From a virus (Duplodnaviria > Caudoviricetes), in IMG/VR virus record IMGVR_UViG_3300032305_000737, positions 1 to 39,145 of that record: a DNA stretch of 39,145 bases; one strand, 5' to 3'. Positions 6,624-16,437 of this stretch are shown here, piece by piece. The notes beneath the pieces are model-generated. The model ran no database searches. It saw only the letters and a list, made by a program, of their open reading frames with translations, and was not told the DNA's origin. Position numbers and translations under genes: made by a program. Every line of letters starts with the position of its first letter. The first letter of the stretch is position 1.

Positions 6624-6911
6624 ATGGCAAGCAGAAGTAATCAACCACGTGTACCTGGTAAACTTAAAATGAATAAGTGGGATTATGATATGGCTACGGA
6701 AGTAGCAGGTCAAAAACCAACTACTCCTAAGGAAGCAAAAACACAAAAGCAAGCAATCAATGAAGCAAAAGCCTTTGAATCAATGTTTCCTAAACTTGCA
6801 CAAAGCCGTAGGGGTAGTGCTCCATCAGTTACCAGCCAGGCTCGTACCCAAGGTGGAGTAAAAACAACTACATCAACAGTTAATAAACTATACCGCCCAA
6901 TGGGTAACTAA
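6624..6911 (+). CDS. Hypothetical basic protein
   Basis: Track ORF 6594..6911; ATG 6624 has AGGA upstream. Confidence 0.7.
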   Translation: MASRSNQPRVPGKLKMNKWDYDMATEVAGQKPTTPKEAKTQKQAINEAKAFESMFPKLAQSRRGSAPSVTSQARTQGGVKTTTSTVNKLYRPMGN

Positions 6912-6938
6912 TTTTTCCCTTTAATCGTTAGGACAACA

Positions 6939-8726
6939 ATGGCATTATCAATGGAACAGGTAGCAGCAAGAGTAACCTCTTTGCGCTACCGCAACAGTGA
7001 GCGCGATGCTCGCAACCTTGACGTTCTTGCTGTCCGTAAGGGTCAAATCTCACAGGTTTACCCTGACTTCTTTCCAGACGGTGTAGATGCCAACGTAGTT
7101 GCTAACTTCATTGACGTCGTTGCACGTGACTTGTCAGAGGTTATGGCTCCACTGCCAGCAGTAAACTGCTCAGCAGCAAATTCAGTTTCAGACAGAGCGC
7201 GTACATTTGCTGACAAGCGTACCCGTATTGCGTCGAACTACTTCTCACATTCAGACTTATCAGTACAGATGTACTCAGGCGCTGACTGGTACATCACCTA
7301 TGGTTTCGTTCCGTTCATTATTGAACTGGATGAAGAAGCAAAACTGCCACGTATCCGCATAGAAAACCCGATAGGTTCCTATCCAGAGTTTGACCGCTAT
7401 GGACGTTGTGTGGCATTTGCTAAGAGATACCTAATGACATTAGGCGAACTCGTTACTCAGTTTCCAGAGTTTGAAAGGCAACTGCTTGGTGGTCAAGGCT
7501 ACAAGCAAGACCTTAATAACGAGGTTGAGTTAATTCGCTATTATGACAAAGACCAATCAATCATCTATTTACCAACAAAGGAAGATTTAGTTCTTTCTAA
7601 GGTTAACAATCCTCTAGGTAAGATGATGGTCATTGTTGCACGTAAGCCTTCAGTTGATGGAGAACTACGTGGACAATTTGATGATGTTCTAGGTATCCAG
7701 TTACTACGCAACCGCTTTGCATTGCTTGCAATGGAAGCAGCAGAAAAATCTGTTCAGGCTCCTATCGTACTTCCACAGGATGTACAGGAACTACAACTTG
7801 GTGGAGACGCAGTTATCCGTACTGCAAACCCAGCAGGTGTACGCCGCGTAGAACTCACACTTCCCCAAGGTGCATTTACTGAGCAGACATTGCTCAACCA
7901 GGAACTTCGTGTTGGTACACGTTACCCAGAATCACGTACAGGTAACATTGATGCTTCAATCGTCACTGGACAAGGCGTACAAGCACTTATGGGTGCATTC
8001 GATACCCAGGTCAAATCAGCACAGGCTATCTTCGCTGCAGCACTACGCGATGTAATTAGCCTCTGCTTTGAAGTTGATGAAAAGATTTATCCAGAAGAAA
8101 AAACAATCCGCGGTGTAGATTCAGGTTCTCCATATGAAGTCACATACAAGCCATCTAAGGATATCAAAGAAGACTACTCTGCTGATGTTCGTTACGGTAT
8201 GCTTGCTGGTCTTAACCCAGCGCAAGGTCTTATCTTTATGCTTCAGGCACTTGGAGGAAAACTCATCAGCCGAGATATGGCTATGAGAGAACTTCCATTT
8301 ACTGTAAACGTAACACAAGAACTTGAGAAGATTGAAATTGAAGATATGCGTGCCGCGTTACTTGGTTCGCTTACTGCCTATACACAAGCCATTCCACAGA
8401 TGGCAACACAAGGTCAGGATGCTTCAGAAGTAGTACGTAAGATTGCTGCGGTTATCAAGGCTCGTCAAAAGGGTCAAGCACTAGAAGACGCAATTGAAGC
8501 CACATTCGCTCCGCAGCAGCAAGTTCCTCCTGCTGGGGCACCACAAGCGGTTGAGCAAATGTCCCCTGCTCCCGAAGGCGTTCCAGCAGGAGGCGCTATT
8601 GCTCCAGAGGGCGAAGTAGGAATTGAAGCCCCACCAGCAGCACCACCAGACATTATGAGTATTTTATCAAGCCTTAGTGGCGCAGGAGAAGCAAACGCTA
8701 GCGTAAGAACCGTAGCACGTAGATAA
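6939..8726 (+). CDS. Portal (head-tail connector) protein
   Basis: 595 aa directly after the terminase; helical, with a Pro/Ala/Gln-rich tail typical of podovirus-type portals. Confidence 0.85.
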   Translation: MALSMEQVAARVTSLRYRNSERDARNLDVLAVRKGQISQVYPDFFPDGVDANVVANFIDVVARDLSEVMAPLPAVNCSAANSVSDRARTFADKRTRIASNYFSHSDLSVQMYSGADWYITYGFVPFIIELDEEAKLPRIRIENPIGSYPEFDRYGRCVAFAKRYLMTLGELVTQFPEFERQLLGGQGYKQDLNNEVELIRYYDKDQSIIYLPTKEDLVLSKVNNPLGKMMVIVARKPSVDGELRGQFDDVLGIQLLRNRFALLAMEAAEKSVQAPIVLPQDVQELQLGGDAVIRTANPAGVRRVELTLPQGAFTEQTLLNQELRVGTRYPESRTGNIDASIVTGQGVQALMGAFDTQVKSAQAIFAAALRDVISLCFEVDEKIYPEEKTIRGVDSGSPYEVTYKPSKDIKEDYSADVRYGMLAGLNPAQGLIFMLQALGGKLISRDMAMRELPFTVNVTQELEKIEIEDMRAALLGSLTAYTQAIPQMATQGQDASEVVRKIAAVIKARQKGQALEDAIEATFAPQQQVPPAGAPQAVEQMSPAPEGVPAGGAIAPEGEVGIEAPPAAPPDIMSILSSLSGAGEANASVRTVARR

Positions 8727-8741
8727 TTAAGGCAGGGGACA

Positions 8742-9278
8742 ATGACAACAATTATCGGCGTTGAATACGCAAATCGCTGTGTTGTTCTTGGCGATTCTCG
8801 CGTTGTAGGTGATTCAAAGATTTACTCTCATCCAGATATGGTTAAAGTTGTAACTAACGGAAACTTTATTATTGGAGCAGCAGGAGATGTACGAGCATTG
8901 CAGGTTATCTTGCATACTTGGAAGCCACCTGTTGCGATTGCTAAAGATAAAGAAAACCTTTTTCAGTTTATGATTGGCAAAGTTGTTCCATCTATTAAGC
9001 AACAACTAACTGAATATGGTCTTTTAGAATCAAAGTCAACAGACAAAGAGTTTGAACTTTATGTGTTAATAGCATTTAATGGAAACATCTTTGAAATTGA
9101 TAGTGACTTTGCAGTATCTCGTAGCGAATCAGGCTACTACGGTATAGGCACTGGTGGCGATTACGCCCTAGGTGCACTATATGCAGGTGCTACACCTGAG
9201 CAAGCAGCATCTATTGCTGCACTAAATGACAGTAAGACAGCAGAACCATTTGTAGTAGAAACTCAATATAAAAAATGA
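8742..9278 (+). CDS. Ntn-hydrolase, proteasome beta-subunit/HslV-like threonine protease
   Basis: M-T-T-I-I-G start, GDSR, a conserved K near residue 34, IGAAG, and GIGTGGDYALGAL. Confidence 0.85.
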   Translation: MTTIIGVEYANRCVVLGDSRVVGDSKIYSHPDMVKVVTNGNFIIGAAGDVRALQVILHTWKPPVAIAKDKENLFQFMIGKVVPSIKQQLTEYGLLESKSTDKEFELYVLIAFNGNIFEIDSDFAVSRSESGYYGIGTGGDYALGALYAGATPEQAASIAALNDSKTAEPFVVETQYKK

Positions 9279-9529
9279 ATGAAGAGTTTCGTGAAGCAGT
9301 AGAAGATGCTCTACGTTTGTTAGTAGATAACGATTCTAATGGTAAAAATTATATCGCTTCAGGTTGGGTTTTAATATCCGAATGGGCAGATTACGAAGGT
9401 AACCGCTTTCTTCATACAGAAGTTAGCGAAGCAATGACTCCCTGGAATGCAGCAGGAATGATGCGTTTAGCAGAAGAGTACAACAGTGAACTTGAAGATA
9501 CTTTATTAGAAGAAGAGGATGACGAATGA
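9275..9529 (+). CDS. Acidic hypothetical protein
   Basis: ATGA-coupled at both ends. Confidence 0.75.
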   Translation: MNEEFREAVEDALRLLVDNDSNGKNYIASGWVLISEWADYEGNRFLHTEVSEAMTPWNAAGMMRLAEEYNSELEDTLLEEEDDE

Positions 9530-10011
9530 CAACAGCACCAGAAAATCGTGGTGGAGACCGTCCGACAGCATCTCAGAATAATCCTGCAAACATTTCTGCT
9601 ACAGGCGGTGCAGGTGGCAAAGGCACTCAAGCACCTAAGTACATTCCAGGTATGAAGAGTTTAGGCTCAACAGGGGTAGCAACTATGGCACAACAGGGTG
9701 GTGCAGCATTGGCTGGTAACCCAGTCCCTAAAGTGCAGGCTCCTACAAACCCAATGGAATCAATGATGGCTGGTCTAACGCCTCTTGATGCAGAATCAAT
9801 GGATGATTTACCAATTTCTGATGGAGTAGATATTGGTCGCGGGCGTGGTTCAGAAGCATTGCCTGCACGTTTAACATCTACAATTAATCAAGATGAAAAC
9901 GTAGCACTAATTAAGCGTTATCTTCCAGATTTAATGAATGCTACTCGCTTACAGGGTGCACCTGATTCATATAAGCAGTTTGTTAACTATCTGAAAAACC
10001 AGATACTTTGA
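9526..10011 (+). CDS. Hypothetical virion-associated protein
   Basis: Gly/Ala/Pro-rich 161 aa; coupled in the operon. Confidence 0.75.
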   Translation: MTTAPENRGGDRPTASQNNPANISATGGAGGKGTQAPKYIPGMKSLGSTGVATMAQQGGAALAGNPVPKVQAPTNPMESMMAGLTPLDAESMDDLPISDGVDIGRGRGSEALPARLTSTINQDENVALIKRYLPDLMNATRLQGAPDSYKQFVNYLKNQIL

Positions 10012-10214
10012 TGAGATGGGTAGAAAATAACTTCTTTGACCACCTAGATAAGTTTGCTAATTCTCTAGGTTATGACAATTATGAAATAGCAATCCCTTTG
10101 GCAATGGTTCCTTGGGAGTCACCAGAAGATAGAGATATCTTTATTCTTACTATTACTGGTAATGAAGTACAAGGTGGTAGCCCTGATACATTTACAGCAG
10201 CGGAGGTGAAGTAA
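10008..10214 (+). CDS. Hypothetical protein
   Basis: 68 aa; fills the gap and is TAATG-coupled to the next gene. Confidence 0.7.
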   Translation: MMRWVENNFFDHLDKFANSLGYDNYEIAIPLAMVPWESPEDRDIFILTITGNEVQGGSPDTFTAAEVK

Positions 10215-13200
10215 TGCCGTTATGGGAAGACTTTATCAATTCTGTCAAGGGTGCCGCTAAAGGTATTGCATCAATTCCTGGTGCATTAATTGGCAATGTA
10301 GCCTCTTCTGGCGCTCAACTAGGTGCTGCACAAACATTTAAAGGTGACCCAACCGCTGCCGCTGCAGCAGGTATTGCCGCTGAAACAGGAACACAGAAGG
10401 CTTTGAAAAAGGCTGGACTTTCTACTGTTGATACAAGCGTTGCAAAGGCTGTTGACCCAGTTCTTTACGCTGCACAGAAGGCTGAGCAATATGTATTTAG
10501 CCCTATCATTGCTCGTCCCATCTCGACAGCATTTTTACTTACTGACCCAACTAGCCGTTTATATAAGGCTGGTGAGTATGGTAAAGGTTTTCAGTTCTCG
10601 GATGTAATTGATGCTTACGAGCGAAGCGAAAAAGTTTCTCTTGGTGTATCTCTTCTTAAGAGTAATCTTACACCGCTAGGCGACTTTCAAAGTCTTATTC
10701 TTAAAAATGGTGGCATAGATGTTGCAGATGTTGACCTATGGGACGATGCACAGATTCAAAAAAACTTTCAGGAAAATACTCTTGGTAAGTGGATTACAGG
10801 AACAAACGACTTTTTAATTAAGAACATTGCAATCAACGTTGCAGGTGTAGGTCTTGCTGCAGGTGTACGCGCTAGCGCATTAAAGGCTGGTCTTAACACA
10901 CGTTTTCGTGTTGGTGATGTAGATGCTATGCCTAAGGCTGAGGATTTAATCAACCAACACATTACATTCCGCAAGTCTGGTGGAACAGAGGGCAACTTGA
11001 CTGTCTTTGGACAAGACATTGAAGACCTTGCTGCATCAGAAAACATTATTGACATTACAAGAATTGTTAAAAAGCATAGCAATAACTCTCGACTTCCTGC
11101 TCTTGTTAGAGATACTAAGGACCCAGAGTTTGTTCGTGACTTGATTCTTGCAGATAAGGCTTATGCTCCAGCAATTGAGCGCCTTGCTTCTGCAGGTATG
11201 CGCGATGACCTATGGGTATTAGGTGATGGTAATTTAGTTATTCAAGGAAACTACGCATCTACTGGACAACTTCCAAGAGTAACTCCTGAAACTTCTGGTC
11301 GTGTTTTTGGTGCATTTGATGATGCTATTAAAAAGAACCCTAAGCACCAAGAAATTTATGATGCTTTCTTAAAGGAAGTTGAAGACCCAACTACTGGTAT
11401 TGTATCAACTGAGCCAAAATTTTTTGGTAAGAACTATAAGCCAGCAGAGCCAGTCCTTGGACGTTCAGGGTTTGCTGCTGTACGTTCTCGTGCTGGAAAG
11501 ATTAGAACTGCTGCGATTGAACGCGATTTTTCCAATGTTGGTGGATTTACGCAAACAGTATTGAGTCCTAAGTACATTAATGGACCCACTACAGTTCTTA
11601 TTCGTACCTTTGGAACAATGATGCCTAAGGGTTTCATTACTAACTCAGGTGTTCGTCCTCAAAATGGTATCGATGAATTAATTGCTACATTTGATGATAT
11701 TCCTTTGTTTACTCGTGGTGACAAGATGATTGAAAACCACGAAGGCATTCCAATGACTGTCTCTCAATATCGTACTGAAATAATTGATAAGTTCGTATCA
11801 GCAAAGACTGATGGCGAAAGAGCAGCAATGATTAACAATCTCAACGTAGAGTTGGCTCGTGCGATTGCTTTTAGTCGCGGTTTTCGTAATACAGAATTAA
11901 TTGATACTTTTGTTGATAATTTATTACAAGATGTATACACTGTGCACGGAAACCTAAGCCGTATGGGTACAGCACTTGACCCAACAGGCGTAAGAATTCA
12001 AGTTGCCCCTAAGACTCAGGCTCAACTTGCTAACTCAATGCCTGTTTTGCCATTTGGCGAACTTGATAGAATGCTCGCCCGTGCTGCACGTCGTGAACAA
12101 AATGTAGTTGCAGGCGCTGTTCAAACTAGCGCTGGACTTGCACGTGATTCTATGCGTGGCATATTTGAACTTGGAAACAAGGCTTTTTCTATCTCCGCAT
12201 TATATCGTTTCAGTTATATTCCAAAGAACTCAATCTTTGAACCTTTACTAGCAGCGACTATGGCTGAAGGTAGCAAGTTTGCTACTACTATGTTTGGTGC
12301 TGCAGGTAGACAGATTATCAAAAACAGTGCAAATTTTGTAATTCGTAATATTGAAAAGTCTAAAACTATTTTGCCTAGCGCAAAAAAAGAGATTCAAAAA
12401 GAAATTAAGGCTTTATCACAGCAATATGATATGGCTATTACGAATCGAGATATTACATACGCAAAATATGAGCAACTATTTAATGATGTTCCTGGGGTAT
12501 CTCCAGCAACCAAGCGTGAATGGGCAGATGTAGTTAAGGAAGACTTACGTACTGCAGAGAAGATGGTTGATTACCTTGAGACACAACTCAATAGGTACAC
12601 TGTTGAATACGGTCAGCCTGTTAACGTCCCATCTTTGTATGGTCTGCGCCGTAGAATCCAGACACTTAAGGACCTACCAGCAGATGCTCGTGCAGGGGAA
12701 CGCTATGCCTCTGAGATTCGTAATGCAGAACTTTTGATTGCTAAAGCGTCTCAAACTATTAATACTCTTGCTCCAGAAATTAATGATTTAGATGCATTAA
12801 TTGCAGCAAGATATAAAGCGATTGGTGATGCTCTTGATGAACTTGGACCTAAGGTCAAAGAACGTGGAGAGATATTCTCTGTAGCAGAAGGTCGCTATGA
12901 GGCTAAGCCTTTATTGCCTGAAATGGAAAAGATTACACTGGCTAATGGTCAAGTGTTTGAAATGCCATCTATGCGTAATCGAAATTATCTTGGTGATGGT
13001 TACTTCAGCGAAATATCAAGCAATAACACAAGAACAATTGAAATTCTTGGCAATAAAGCAACTGTAGCAAAGTTTAATACAATCTTTAGAAATGGTCCAC
13101 AGACTATTACTAACGTTGCAGACCCTTTATACTTTGATGAGTTGGCTTATGTAGTCAATAACTTTATGCGTGGGGATATGCTGGTTGACCAGATTCTTGC

Positions 13201-15346
13201 TGGTAAGTCACGAGAAACTCTTCTTGCTTGGGCATCTACTCCTCAAGGTAAATCTTATGCAACTTCAATGGGTCGTCCAATTGACCAGTTAACAGATATG
13301 ATTGATGAAGGATTCTCATATGTCAATCGTTATCTACCTAGCAAAGATGCACAACTACTTGCTGCTGCAGGTCCTGTCAAGAAGACTGACCTAGAGCAAT
13401 TATTGGCTGACAAGTTAGACCAGATGGTTGGCATTCAGCCATTAGATATTCCATACGGAAATCCTACTGGTCTTGTCAAGGCTAGTAATCAAGCAATTGA
13501 TTCAGCAATGGCAAATGCTTGGAGATTTTTACTTAAGCCAGAAAACTTAATTCGTGAAGTTTATGGAACTGTTGACTTTTCTAAGCGTTTAGTTGCAAAA
13601 GCAAATATGCTTGTTGCTCAAGGACAAGAAGTAACACTTGCGACTATTCTATCTTTGCGTCAGGCTGTTGCTGCCGAAATGGTTGAGAACATCAGCAAAA
13701 CTTTCTATACAATTCCACGCCAACAGCGCGGTCTGTATCTTGCAAGAACACTGACAACATTTCCTAATGCTGCTGCTTCTGGTATCTATCGTTATGGTGG
13801 GTTTGCTGTCAAGCAGCCTGGACGTATGGGTGGATTCCTTAACAGTTACTATGGTTTATATAACTCATTTGGCGTAGATAAGTACGGTAATCCAGTTGAG
13901 AACCCTATGGAAGCAGAGTATCTGCTTATTCCTGGTACAAAGGAAATGGGACTTAACGATGGCAAAGGCGTAATAATCAGTGCTCGTTCAACCAACTATA
14001 TTGCCAACTTACCTGGACCATCCTACTTAGTTCCTCTTGCTATTGGACGTGTTTTATCTTGGAAGGTAAGCACCGAGGATGAGATTAAAAAGACTGTTGA
14101 TAAAACAGTCGGAAGAATTCCTGGATACTCATATGATGAGTTGTTTCCATACGGAATTGAACCTGATTTAAAGACCCAACTAGGGCGTACATTTACACCT
14201 GCTTGGGCACGTAACCTAGCAACTGCTTTGAATAAAAGCACAACAGATGAGATGTGGGTTAACTCTTTACTTTCTGAAGCGCAGCGTCAAGAGATTCTTC
14301 ACGATATGAAACTAGGTCCTAAGCCTACAGAAGAAAGTATTCGTAAGGGTACAGAGAGTATCTACCTACGTAAGTTCCGCACACAGTTTTTCTCTCTACT
14401 TGGTACACCTCAGTATGTTGAGTCTCGTCCTGATGCACTGTTTTCTGATTACTACTATATGTTGTATGACAAGTACAAGGCTAAGACAGACCCTAAGACT
14501 GGTAAACCACTTACTGAAATGCAAGCATCTAAGTTAGCAGAGGATGAATTTCAGAAGCAAATGCGTCTTGCAGGTGGTGCGGACTTCCCAATGGACCGCC
14601 TATTTACTGGTGGAGCACGGGAAAAGATTGCATATTTCCCACCAAGTCAGAAGGCTTACAGCCGAATCTATGAAGATTTTTCTGGTCTTGCTAAGCAATT
14701 AGAACGTCTTGACCCATCACTTGTTGGGCTAATGACTGCTGACCTACCAAGAGATTATAGTATTCAGGTTAGCAAGTTTCTTAATGACCCTAATGCAACT
14801 CTTCCTGGTGGAACTGTTCTTAATTCACAACTTAAAACACCACAAATGGTTGAAGATGAACTCACTAAGTCACGTCTTTGGAAAGCCTATACAGAGTACA
14901 AAGATTCATTAAATAAGGCAGCAAAAGAACAGTTAAAATTAGCAAGTTATCTAAGCGTTCCAGAATTTAAAGACCAACTCAGAGCATATGCTGAGACTCT
15001 TGGTGCCACAAGTCCTGAATGGTTTATTGAGTATGCAGGTGGCGGAGCCGCTAAAGATAGTGCATATCTACAATCTGTTGGTCTTAAGACACTTGTAAAT
15101 GATGATAAGTTTATGAAGAAGTTCGGAAACACACAGTTCTGGACTCACGCTAAAGCATTCATTTTATACAGAGATTCATTTGGTAAGGCTCGACTAGATG
15201 CTCCATCAGGATACAAGGGTGCAATTGAAGAGCAATGGCAATTATATCTTGAAGAAAACCTTTCTTTATGGGACCCAACTTTACAAAGAATAATTACACG
15301 CTATTACAGCAATGATGGTTTGAATATAAAGGAGCCTAAACGATGA
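10214..15346 (+). CDS. Large putative internal virion/DNA-ejection protein
   Basis: 1710 aa with a GGAGGTG RBS. Function is inferred from size and position only; no catalytic motif recognised. Confidence 0.6.
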   Translation: MPLWEDFINSVKGAAKGIASIPGALIGNVASSGAQLGAAQTFKGDPTAAAAAGIAAETGTQKALKKAGLSTVDTSVAKAVDPVLYAAQKAEQYVFSPIIARPISTAFLLTDPTSRLYKAGEYGKGFQFSDVIDAYERSEKVSLGVSLLKSNLTPLGDFQSLILKNGGIDVADVDLWDDAQIQKNFQENTLGKWITGTNDFLIKNIAINVAGVGLAAGVRASALKAGLNTRFRVGDVDAMPKAEDLINQHITFRKSGGTEGNLTVFGQDIEDLAASENIIDITRIVKKHSNNSRLPALVRDTKDPEFVRDLILADKAYAPAIERLASAGMRDDLWVLGDGNLVIQGNYASTGQLPRVTPETSGRVFGAFDDAIKKNPKHQEIYDAFLKEVEDPTTGIVSTEPKFFGKNYKPAEPVLGRSGFAAVRSRAGKIRTAAIERDFSNVGGFTQTVLSPKYINGPTTVLIRTFGTMMPKGFITNSGVRPQNGIDELIATFDDIPLFTRGDKMIENHEGIPMTVSQYRTEIIDKFVSAKTDGERAAMINNLNVELARAIAFSRGFRNTELIDTFVDNLLQDVYTVHGNLSRMGTALDPTGVRIQVAPKTQAQLANSMPVLPFGELDRMLARAARREQNVVAGAVQTSAGLARDSMRGIFELGNKAFSISALYRFSYIPKNSIFEPLLAATMAEGSKFATTMFGAAGRQIIKNSANFVIRNIEKSKTILPSAKKEIQKEIKALSQQYDMAITNRDITYAKYEQLFNDVPGVSPATKREWADVVKEDLRTAEKMVDYLETQLNRYTVEYGQPVNVPSLYGLRRRIQTLKDLPADARAGERYASEIRNAELLIAKASQTINTLAPEINDLDALIAARYKAIGDALDELGPKVKERGEIFSVAEGRYEAKPLLPEMEKITLANGQVFEMPSMRNRNYLGDGYFSEISSNNTRTIEILGNKATVAKFNTIFRNGPQTITNVADPLYFDELAYVVNNFMRGDMLVDQILAGKSRETLLAWASTPQGKSYATSMGRPIDQLTDMIDEGFSYVNRYLPSKDAQLLAAAGPVKKTDLEQLLADKLDQMVGIQPLDIPYGNPTGLVKASNQAIDSAMANAWRFLLKPENLIREVYGTVDFSKRLVAKANMLVAQGQEVTLATILSLRQAVAAEMVENISKTFYTIPRQQRGLYLARTLTTFPNAAASGIYRYGGFAVKQPGRMGGFLNSYYGLYNSFGVDKYGNPVENPMEAEYLLIPGTKEMGLNDGKGVIISARSTNYIANLPGPSYLVPLAIGRVLSWKVSTEDEIKKTVDKTVGRIPGYSYDELFPYGIEPDLKTQLGRTFTPAWARNLATALNKSTTDEMWVNSLLSEAQRQEILHDMKLGPKPTEESIRKGTESIYLRKFRTQFFSLLGTPQYVESRPDALFSDYYYMLYDKYKAKTDPKTGKPLTEMQASKLAEDEFQKQMRLAGGADFPMDRLFTGGAREKIAYFPPSQKAYSRIYEDFSGLAKQLERLDPSLVGLMTADLPRDYSIQVSKFLNDPNATLPGGTVLNSQLKTPQMVEDELTKSRLWKAYTEYKDSLNKAAKEQLKLASYLSVPEFKDQLRAYAETLGATSPEWFIEYAGGGAAKDSAYLQSVGLKTLVNDDKFMKKFGNTQFWTHAKAFILYRDSFGKARLDAPSGYKGAIEEQWQLYLEENLSLWDPTLQRIITRYYSNDGLNIKEPKR

Positions 15347-16437
15347 GTCCAATTCCACCACCACCGACCATTGTCATTCCTAAAAAGGAAACCAAGGGTC
15401 CAAAGATTACCTATATCTGGATGCCAGATAAAAATGGTAACTTGGTTAAGGCTGACGCATCTGTAGTAAAGAAGTCATTTGCCAAACTACCAGGTAGTGC
15501 ACAGGTTGCACTTACTCAGTATCTACTTACTATTGCCAACAAGCAACCAACCGATGTCGCCCGTCAGGCTCTATGGAATGACATCGTAGATGGTGCTATT
15601 GCTTCCTTTAAAGAAGGTAAGAAGCAAAGCCCTTGGGACGTTCTTGATACTCTAACAAAGAACTCTCCTGCTGTTAATGGCGAAAGCGTAACTTATACAT
15701 CCTACGATGATATTACTGCAGGTGCATTGCTGAATCAAATTGCTAAGACTATTGGCTTTGACGTTACTCAACTTACCGCTGCAGATAAGACAGAATTCTT
15801 TAATAAGTTAAATACTGAGGCTAAGGCTTCTGGTAAATCAACTACTCGTAAGGCTGCAACTGGTGGTACAGAGACAATTATTACTCCGTCACTGTTTAAT
15901 GCTAAGGACTTTACAGAGTCTTTCTTGTGGGCAAAGGTAAATATCGGTGACACAACTAAGTTACCATCTAGTGCAATTACACAGATTTCTTCAATCAAGA
16001 GTCTTCTTCGAGACAACGGAATATCTGATTTAAGCCAGAAAGAAATCAACGCCCTTGGTGTAGCACTTGCTTCAGGAAAATCAACTATTGATGCACTCAA
16101 GAAAGACCTAGGTGCCAAGGCTGCAACACGTTACCCACTGTTTGCAAAGAGACTACAAGATACTCCAGGATTAACAGTCAAGGATATTGTAGAACCTTAC
16201 ATCACACAGATGGCTAAGTACTGGGAGATTGACCCTAATACGGTTGACTTAGATAATCCAGACCTTGATAAGTTTGTTCGTCCAGATGGAACAGCAGGAA
16301 ATGTACAGATGGGTTCAATCTCTGACTGGGTTACATATTTAAAGAATCATCCTAACTCAGAAAAAGCAAGTTGGGCTAAAGATTTAGCACGCGATTCTGC
16401 AGTAGGAGTTGCAAGAGCGATGGGATTTGGTGTTTAA
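15343..16437 (+). CDS. Putative internal virion protein
   Basis: 364 aa, ATGA-coupled; function inferred from context. Confidence 0.55.
   Translation: MSPIPPPPTIVIPKKETKGPKITYIWMPDKNGNLVKADASVVKKSFAKLPGSAQVALTQYLLTIANKQPTDVARQALWNDIVDGAIASFKEGKKQSPWDVLDTLTKNSPAVNGESVTYTSYDDITAGALLNQIAKTIGFDVTQLTAADKTEFFNKLNTEAKASGKSTTRKAATGGTETIITPSLFNAKDFTESFLWAKVNIGDTTKLPSSAITQISSIKSLLRDNGISDLSQKEINALGVALASGKSTIDALKKDLGAKAATRYPLFAKRLQDTPGLTVKDIVEPYITQMAKYWEIDPNTVDLDNPDLDKFVRPDGTAGNVQMGSISDWVTYLKNHPNSEKASWAKDLARDSAVGVARAMGFGV

Noticed and set aside
10214-15346. Tape measure protein or virion RNA polymerase
   Set aside because: No tail tube or chaperone context, no periodic aromatic repeats and no polymerase motifs recognised. 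It cannot be fully excluded without a structure search.
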